A DNA stretch of 64,000 nt from the human T2T-CHM13v2.0 reference genome, Homo sapiens, in assembly GCF_009914755.1 (NCBI RefSeq), contig NC_060927.1, one strand, 5' to 3'. Within the stretch, counting starts at the first letter, position 1. Every line of letters starts with the position of its first letter. The translations under genes and the position numbers were made by a program. Below the pieces are notes generated by a model. It made no database searches, was not told the origin of the DNA, and was given only the letters and a program-made list of their open reading frames with translations. Shown one piece after another: positions 55,301 through 64,000 of this stretch.

Positions 55301-56619
55301 TTTATAAGCTTTTGCCAGGAGCTGGGTTTGCCAGGTAGAGGAAGATGCTTCAACAAGAGGACACTGTAGACAAAGAAACAGCGTGATGTTTCAGAGATAA
55401 ATTGGAAATTTGGTATAGCCAGAATATACAATGCCTTGGGGTTAGGGAATGCCAAGGTGAGGCTGTGAAAGAATATTACAGGATAGTTTGTGAATGCTTG
55501 GGAATGCCACCGAAACTTTAAATGATGACTTGATGAACACTTAGGGCTACAGCCTCTCTCAGGTCCTCTCTGTTTTGAGACTTTGGCTATTGGAGGACTG
55601 GCAGAGGCATTGGCACATGCCAGACATACAGTGAACATTTACTAAATGCTTCTGGGCTAAATGCATGTAAGCAGAAAAGGTAAAATTATGTGTAAATTAT
55701 AAACGGCATTATAAAATTATGTGTGTAAATTATAAAGGGCAGCAGATGACCAGTTAGCAACTTCCTAAATTGGAAAACACAGGCAGCTCTGAGCTTCTTA
55801 GGTCAAACACAAGATTTCAAGGCAGCTGAGCAGCTGAAACTGTCTTCTTTTGTTATTTCATCCCAACACAACAGGGCAAATCCACAAAGCAATCTCATCT
55901 ACTGAAAAACAATTACAGCCGGGCCAGGGAAAAACACCACAAAAGGCTTGGAAATTTCCTGAGACCAGGGTATATGAAATCTAGACAGATTTAATCACTC
56001 TTATTGCAGCCAGTCCTTAAATGGGGAGCTTAATCTCATTTTCATTTTCCATAAAGGATAATTTGGAGAGACTTCACAGAAGTGAAGAGTCAAGGCCTCT
56101 CAGGTTTCAAGAGAGACCTCACTGTTTTTAAAAAAGGAAGAAATGCGAAATGAAGTTACAGAAGCTGAAGTGCATTTTAAATGTTTATTATCCTGTAAAT
56201 ACCCTTTTAACAGGAAATGTAAAATGTAAAATAGTTGTTAATCACAGGATAACAAAATACTTTTTTTTAAGAAAAAACAACCCACAGTTTGTAAGATAAG
56301 CTATGTTTTCAGTCTATATGGCAAAATTTATTTCCACTTTTTCTATGTCTCTCTGAGACTCTGCATGGCCTGGGTAAGAAGAATACCAAAAGGCTAAATG
56401 TAAGGCCCTCCACGGCCATCAGCCTTGTACCAAAGGCCCTTTCTGACCTGCACTGTGGTAGGCCCTAGCAAGCAAAACAAAACAATTGATCCTACCTCAG
56501 GTATTGGTCAGAACAGGGGATCATAATGGTCTGATCCATTCAGGCCAGGCAAGGGGCTGGCTCCCCAACTGTGTCTGTCCTGTGTGAAATGGGGTAGCTC
56601 ATGAAAGATCTGGAGGGAA

Positions 56620-56915
56620 GCAGGTTAAGAGGAGCCAAATGGCCAGGGTTAGATTCTTAGCTCTGTCTTCACTGGACAAGTCGTTCAATCTCTCTATACC
56701 TCAGTTTCTTCATCTGTAAGATGAGGGTGATAATAGCACCTACCTTCTAGAGTTATTGTGAATATTAAATGGGTTAGATCTTACATGTCCTCTACTCCAT
56801 AGGGAGTGACCAGGCGCCAGCTGCCTGCCAACTGGGTGGCCTCAGGAAACTCACTTAACCTCTCTAGGTCTCAGTTTTCTCAGAAAATGAAAGAATAGGA
56901 TGAATTTACCTCAGA
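56620..56915 (+). mobile_element. Two adjacent MIR fragments
   Basis: cctcagtttcttcatctgtaagatgagggtgataatagcacctacc; cacttaacctctctaggtctcagttttc. Confidence 0.75.
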
Positions 56916-57304
56916 GAACTTTCCTGTTCTTAGACTCTTTGATCCTGTGACTCTGTCCTGAGTGTCTATTGTGAGAAATAAAGGAATGGAGAGGAGCGAA
57001 AAACTAACTTTGGTCTCCTCACTAATTTTGGCCATGAATTCCTGAGCTATTTCAGTGTTGAGCCATACCCTAGAGCACTTTATTTGCTTGGGAAGCTTGA
57101 TTTGTTCATGGGAGTTTGCACATACAAAGTGTTTATTTGTCAAACATTATTTTTTAGAAGGTACACCAATATTGAGGCTTAATTCCTAGCAATAGGTAGT
57201 TCCAGTCCAAAGCCTTATAGAAATTGGCTTATGGAAATTGCAGCGGAAATAGCAGCCTTGGTGGTTGCATGGGTAGAAGCTTCACCTTTGCCCTTCCCAC
57301 TAGC

Positions 57305-57570
57305 GAGAGGTGGTAGAATGCAGAGGTGAATGGCACAAACTTCAGTTTCATTGAGGCAGATGTGGTCCCATGCCCAGCTCTGCCACTTATGGCTGTTCGG
57401 CCTTAGTTAAACCTCGCTTTCCTTATGTATGAAGTGGGGCTTAGGAAAGTAGGTATTAACAATACCTACTGTAATAAGTTGTTGTAAAGGTTAGATTTTA
57501 AAAAAATACAGATTAAGTGCCTAGCACGATGTTCTGAATATAAATGATTAATAGACGTGAGTTCTCATTA
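57305..57570 (+). mobile_element. MIR
   Basis: cccagctctgccacttatggctg...gttgttgtaaaggttagat...aagtgcctagcac. Confidence 0.65.
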
Positions 57571-57744
57571 TAGAAAACACAAAGAAATTTAAAATGTTAA
57601 GCCAACATCATTCTTTGATATAAATATACAAGGACTATATTCACTATGTAAGTCTCCCTCACTTCTTCCTTTATTGACCACTGCACTGACATTGTTTGGT
57701 TTGGTTTTATGTTCAGAGTAGGTCAGTTAAGGTAAACGATGATA

Positions 57745-58130
57745 AAATAACAATGCCTTGCATTAGACTGTCGTGATTTATAAAACAATTTCACATGCAT
57801 TATCTCCTATATTCATAGTCCAACTTTCTTCAAACAAGAAAATTGACCCTAGTTAATAGAGCTGGTGAGTGACAGAGCAGAACGTAGAATGCAGTTTTCT
57901 TCATCCTCTCTTCCTTGCAAAAGGCCACAGTCCTTCTTTGTAGAGTTTATGAAGCTCATCCCTATGCAGCCCCTCACTCCCAGCCACTTTTGTGGTGGAA
58001 GCTGGGCTGGTGTTATTATCTCCATTTGTTAGGTAAGGAAATTGATGCTCCGAGAAGTTTAACGACATTCCTGATGTTGCAAAGCTGGGAAGGGGCAGAG
58101 AATAGACCAGAACCTGCTCATTTTCTAGTG
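57745..58130 (-). mobile_element. Two MIR fragments
   Basis: tttcacatgcattatctc...gtgagtgacagagc; tattatctccatttgttaggtaaggaaattgatgctccgagaagttt. Confidence 0.6.
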
Positions 58131-58464
58131 ACACAGACAGAAACATAGGTAAGCAAATCAAAACAACGTTAATACATGTTATAATTCTTTAAAAATGAAT
58201 TATAAAATGGTGTTTGGTCTCAGAGGCAAAAGAAAATAATTGTGTCTGTGTGGAGGCACATGTGCATGTGTGTGTTGTCCAGGGAAAGTCTCTCAAAGGA
58301 AGGAATACTTGAATTGATATTAGGAAGAAAAGTAGGCAGCAAAGTGGCACCTAAAGAAAATTAGGCAGTGGAAAAACCATATGCAAAAGAACAGAGGCAC
58401 AACATAACTTTGCCAGTATGGGAGGAAAGTCTGTATGCCTGGAGTTAAGTGTCCTACATATTGA

Positions 58465-58770
<306 letters not shown>

Positions 58771-59590
58771 TTTCATTTATTCTTTTAACAGTTATTAACT
58801 GAACATCTACTATGTATGGGGCTTTATGCCAGCTCGATGTCCCCATAACCTGGTCCATAGGGTACTCAGAGGAAGTTGGAAATTCCCAGATGGAATTCAG
58901 AAGCAAGAGAGAGGCAGTGTGAGAGCAACAGTGGAAGGCACTGGAGTAGATGAAGAAGTCATGCCCAAGAGGAAAGAATGGTGAGAGGAGGGAGAGGAGC
59001 AGAGGATGAGCCATGGAGTCCAGCATTTAAGAGACAGACAGAAGATGCAAGGTCAGCAAAGACTACAAAGCAAAGTTCAAAGACTGAAGAGGACAATTTG
59101 GAAAGAGAATGAAAAATGAGGGCAAGGCCAACACTATAACACATAGTGGAGTGAAAAAAAGCAAGGACCAAAAGTCAACCACAGGGAAAAACTATTGGGA
59201 GGTTGCTGTGGTTTTAATAAGCACAGTTCTAATGAAGTGCAGGGAAAAGAAGCTAGATAGTTGTTGTTTGAGGAATAATACAGGGAAAGAAGGGTAAAAA
59301 AGAGGTAAGCCCCTGAGATCGGATGACTTTCAATGAGCTTGGCTGGAAAGAAAAGGGAGAATCTGCGGGTAGTCAAGAGCTTATGGAAAGGCTGAAGCTG
59401 CTACCAAGGGAGGGTTGTTTAGTTGTGTTTTAAGAATGCAAGAGACTTGGGCTTATTTTTAATCTAGAGGAAGGAGTCAATGAAAAGGAAGACCCAAGGC
59501 ACTAAAGTTGAGAGAGAAAGTAACAATGGAACAAGGACTTGAGGAGATGAGATCGAGGACACAGGTAGATAGAAGGAGGGATATGCTTTT
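58771..59590 (-). mobile_element. Degenerate L2
   Basis: tgaacatctactatgt...cttggctggaaagaaaagggaga...gagacttgggcttatttt. Confidence 0.5.
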
Positions 59591-59599
59591 CCCATTTAG

Positions 59600-59950
59600 G
59601 AGTGGGACTCTTATTTTGTGTCAAACAGCAAAAAAAAAGTAAAATAAAATAATTAACCATTGGTTTTCAGAATGAAGCAATTCACTTAAAATAAGGCAAG
59701 TTAACTGAGTCATTAATGGAAAATTCTAAGGATGTATCTGGTTTTAAGGGCAGCTGGATCATGGACATTAGGGTTTGATATTACTCCATTTCTCAGCTCT
59801 TCATTTCTACTTGGCTTCAAAGACATGGAGATGCTCAGGAGGCATTCTCTTCGCATCTGAAAAAAAATTCTCAAAACTAACTCTTATTGGCTACATTGGA
59901 TCATGTACCCCTTCCTGACCAATGATTCCAGCTGGAGGGAAAGAAGAGCA
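59600..59950 (+). mobile_element. Old MaLR LTR (MLT1J/K-like)
   Basis: ggcagctggatc...ctcttattggctacattggatcatgtaccccttcctgaccaatga. Confidence 0.55.
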
Positions 59951-61849
59951 GGTTGGCTTGAGCAGGTCACAAGCCTACCTGTGAGTTAGAGGAGGGATGA
60001 GCCCCTCCCGAGCCATGCGAACCAAGAGCCAGGGAGCTCTCAGGGAAGACCAGGGTGCTGCTCGTGGAAAACTGGGGAAGAATGCCAGGCCAGGGAGAAA
60101 ACAGACCAATGGTTGTATACTGCCACTTGTGACAAGGAGATAAGGATACTTCAGAGGAGAGGGCACTGAGGAAATCCAGGCTGGTGGACTGTATTGTGTG
60201 TGAGGTGAAGGCCTGACTTGTCAATGCTTAACGAGCTCTGCAGTCACTTCACGGATCCCAGCACTTTCTCCCCCAACCTCTTTTCCTCATCGCCACCGAA
60301 GAAAGGAAATGCCTATTGTGAGTTGGAAAGAGGTCCCATGCAGGAGGTAAATACCTGCAGGTGTGATATGAGAGCGATTGCTAAGAAAACTTTATCCAAG
60401 CCCATCTGGGAAAATAGCTTTTCAAGTTCATTACGAAAAGAAAGGCCCAGTAAAGCTTCCATAAGAACAAGCTTAGCTTGTGGAAAGTGCTGAGAAAAGC
60501 TGATTTATTCTCGGTGTGCTTCCCTATTTTTATGGGTTGCCTCAACTTTTCTTCAGACAGGAACGATTGGTTCCAATAGTGTCACATGCAGAGAGACACT
60601 GTCAGTGTAAGTCTCCGGGGAGGTGCTATGGAAGGTGTGGTATGCATGGGGAGGAGCCCGCCTGACTTTCTGAAGAAGGATAATTAATGTGTATATGGAC
60701 ATGCAGGGAGCCTTTATCTTCAGAACACATTTCAGAAATGAAAAAGCAAACAAAGCGGGTGATGAGGAAAATGGATTTGCTGTAACTAAGGAACAGACCT
60801 GGGTAGAGAAGTAAAGACGAGAAACTCAGCTCTTCATCATTAGAATGCTCCAGAGTCCAGAGCTTAGGAGCGGAGATCACTCCTAAGTGTTTGGGTCTGC
60901 AAACTAGGACACCTAGTTTATACCTAGTCCCAGAACAAAGGGTGGAGGAGGTAGGATTGAAAGCCACTATTTGGTGGAGCTTCTCTGACCCTTACAGTCC
61001 ACCCAGAAAAAAAGGCAGACACCTCCAGCCTGAAATTTGGAGGAAACCTTAGAATTTTGCCCCTTAAACTTGGGCACTGAACTATGCATGCATGGTTTGT
61101 TTTCAGAAAGCCTGTTTCTTAAGTTGGCCTATCTATCTCCCCTTAGCCCTTTTTGGCCAGTTCACACCCTTCCTTCTTCCTCAACCTTTCTCTGAGCATC
61201 TATGTTCAAGAAATCCCTCATCCCCTCCTCTGAACTCCAGTGGTGTGTCATTTATTCAACGTTAAATCAGGTCCTGCTTCCCTGTTTTCCTTTCTATGTG
61301 CACTCACTTCATCTCCCCAGTGTGGCCATAGAGTTCTGGATGGCGGGCTTCATGACTGGTTCATCTTGCGGTCTCTAGAACCCAACATAGTGCCTGGGTT
61401 GATACTCCAAACATGTTTATTGGTTGGGTTCTCTCTTACCTTAAGGTGGCTCCAAGCCCAGGAACGAGGAGGGTCAAGAGCCAAGCTGGACTCAACAGAA
61501 GCCAGGAGCAGGGACCCAAAAACAGAGGGAGGAGGGTCTACAAAAGAGAAAATGGAATGTCCCCCAGTGCCTCAAGCTGGCATGGGAACCATTCCAGGAG
61601 TCAAAGGCTGTCTCTGACAGTTTCTGCTGAAAAATCCCCAGAGCTGTGGGGGCTCTTGCCTGCAAGGATCATGCTTTCTGTGGGACTTACAGCCAACCAG
61701 TTCCCTAGGAACAGTTTGAGGGGGATTTGCTGATTCATCTGTTTTAATCCCTCTGGGAAGAACTCTGTGAGCATTGCATGGCAGCAGCACTCTGAAGGCA
61801 GGTGACGATCCCGCTGAGAAGAGTCGGGATCCTGTCTGTTTCTGAGCTT

Positions 61850-62660
61850 GGTTGATTTAACAAATATATACTGGGGCCCTATTATGTCTGCAAGCTCTGT
61901 TCCAGGTGCTGGGGACATAGCAATAAACAAATCCAACAAACATCTCTGCCCTTGTGGAGCTTACATTTTAACTGGGGAAGAACAGATAAATAAGATGAGG
62001 AAATCATGTACTATGTTAGGTGGTGTTAAGTGCTATACATAAAGATAGAAAAGGAAGGTGGATGAGGGTGTTGGTGTGGGAATTGTATTTTTTAAAGGGT
62101 ACTCAGGGAAGGCTTTCTTGGGAAGGTGACACATGAGCTGGAGGAGGTGAGGGAGTGAGCCATGTGATAATCTGGGGAAGATTTCCAGGTACAGGGAACA
62201 GCCTGTGCAAATGTCTGCAGCAGGAGTGTGCCCAGCATGTTAAGAAAAAGCAAGGGGGCCCCTGTGGAACCACAGAGTGAACAAGGGGAGAAGAGTAGAG
62301 CAGGTCAGGGAGATAGCAGGAGCCAGACCTTGTAGGCCTTTGCATGGAGGGAAATGGGACTTCACCAGCGGGTTTTGAGCAAAGCAGTGATGGGATCTGA
62401 TTTGTGTTTTAATAAGATCACTCTGGCCACTGCATAGGGGCTTAGGTTAGAGGCACAGAGACTCTTGGGAGGTGGTTTCAATGATCTAGGAAGAGGTGGT
62501 GGCAGTAGAAGTGGTAAGCAACAATTTTTTTCCAGACATACTCTAAAGGTAGAGTAGACGAGATTTACTTCACCATGCGGTGGATGTAGTGTGTGAAATG
62601 GAAGAGTCAGGACTAGTGCTAAGGTTTCAGCCTGAATAACTAGAAGGATGTGGCTGCTCT
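61850..62660 (-). mobile_element. L2
   Basis: ctgcccttgtggagcttacattt...ggaggtgagggagtgagccatgtg...ttttgagcaaagcagtga...aagatcactctggc. Confidence 0.85.
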
Positions 62661-63379
62661 AAGTCCTCTTTCTGCAAGTTCCCTTTCCTACACCTCATAA
62701 TTCTAGATATGGGGCTTCTCACCACAAGCACATGGAGGCTACTGAACAGTCACATTGCAGCAAGTTGGCTTTCTGCTCTCTGACCCCTCCCCATCCATCA
62801 GCTGAGGTCTCTAAACAAACCTGATCCTTCTCCAGCGCCTTCCCCTCTATCTTCCATTGCCAGGAAGAGAGCAGAAAACCAGGGTGACAACATGTGGCAG
62901 CTTTGTCTTCTTAGTTGGTTTGTATTATAGAAAAATATTCACCATGTTCTCCTCCAGTGTACCTTGATTTTGTGCATGTTTTGTTCTATACAATGACTGA
63001 TATTTACTTTTGATAGCTATATGCATTCCTTGGTGTACTGAGCATTTATTTCGGAAGTCCTGAATGATATTTTGAAGCCTTTCAATTTAGATTTAAGAAT
63101 ACTTAAAACCTAAGCTCTCCAAAATAACACAACTATTTCACAAAAAACTAGCATTAGATTTCAGTCTCCAGATTGAACACATTTCTAGAGCACTTATCAG
63201 GTAGATTTCCAGGTAGAGGGATCAGCCTGTGCAAATATTTGCAGCAGGAGTGTGCCCAGCATGTTTAGTGAAGCCATTACTAAATTTGGTGAGGTTGGGA
63301 ATGAGGTATAATTTCAAAGATGAATAAAATATAGCCTTAGGGAAATTAGAAACTAGGGAGAAAGGTAAAATAACCTACT

Positions 63380-63990
63380 TTTTCTTCCTTCCTCCCTGAA
63401 ACGTATTAAACATCAAATAGGTTCAAGAATTACATAAGATGCTAAAGGCACAAATACACAAAATAGATCTGGTCCCTGATTTTGAGGGGTATAGTCTGCT
63501 GAGGGAGACATCAGCCTCCAACTAAACTCACTATAACAGGAGATGGAAAATCTTTCAGAAGAGAGCCATAAACAAAGAGCCACTATAATAGTGCATTAAA
63601 TATTTCAAATTTACTAAAAGAGTAGATTTTAAATGTTTTCACCACAAAAAAATAAGGATGTGAGGCGATGCATTTGTTAATTCGCCTGATTTAATCATTC
63701 CACACTGTAAGCGTATATCAAAGCATCATATTGGGTCCCAAAAACATATAGAATTGGCATTTCTCAATTGAAAATAACACTAAAAAACAAACCAAAAAAG
63801 CGCCCAAAGAGCCATTAGACCACAGATGAAGGAGTATGGAGTATTTAAAGCTGAGTCTTGGGATTAGGGAATTTTGCAGATAGGTGGTGATATCTGAACT
63901 GGCCGGTTAAAGGATGGACATTTCTGCAAAAGGAGAAAGAACATTTTTGGCTGAGGGAACAGCATGAGATCCTCCAAAGTGTGTAGCAGT
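63380..63990 (-). mobile_element. L2 interrupted by an L1MA 3' end
   Basis: ggtccctgattttgagggg...tagtctgctgagggagaca; resumes ggtggtgatatctgaactggcc...gagggaacagcatgag. Confidence 0.6.
63586..63804 (+). mobile_element. L1MA 3' end fragment with TSD
   Basis: ctaaaagagtagattttaaatgttttcaccacaaaaaaataag...gatttaatcattccacactgt; TSD caaagagcca(c/t)ta at 63573-63585 and 63805-63817. Confidence 0.85.
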
Positions 63991-64000
63991 TTTAGAGAAG

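Noticed and set aside
55078-55638. Longest ORF (186 aa, minus strand)
   Set aside because: Runs through MER5A, MIR and L2-like fossils; no recognisable domain

Overview
Repeat-rich (about 40% GC by eye), CpG-depleted primate genomic DNA. It is almost certainly human, because it carries an L1 3' end with the human-specific pre-Ta diagnostics (ACG plus the downstream G). The window looks intronic or intergenic: I recognise no protein-coding exon, tRNA, rRNA or CpG island, and the supplied ORFs are mostly Alu, L2, MIR or microsatellite read-throughs or chance frames. Content: 13 Alu copies or fragments, one BC200 (BCYRN1) retropseudogene, one young 5'-truncated L1HS with a long TSD, older L1M, L2, MIR and CR1/L3 fossils, DNA transposons (MER2, MER5, MER33/Charlie5, MER53, MER102-like), MaLR LTRs and a solo ERV LTR. 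Items worth follow-up are the pre-Ta L1, the BC200 copy, a 50-bp-arm hairpin next to tandem duplications at about 28.7-29.0 kb, several short templated duplications, a signal-peptide-like candidate exon and homeodomain-motif-rich enhancer candidates. I found no evidence of a new biological system. Repeat subfamily calls come from remembered consensus sequences, and the boundaries of old repeats are approximate.
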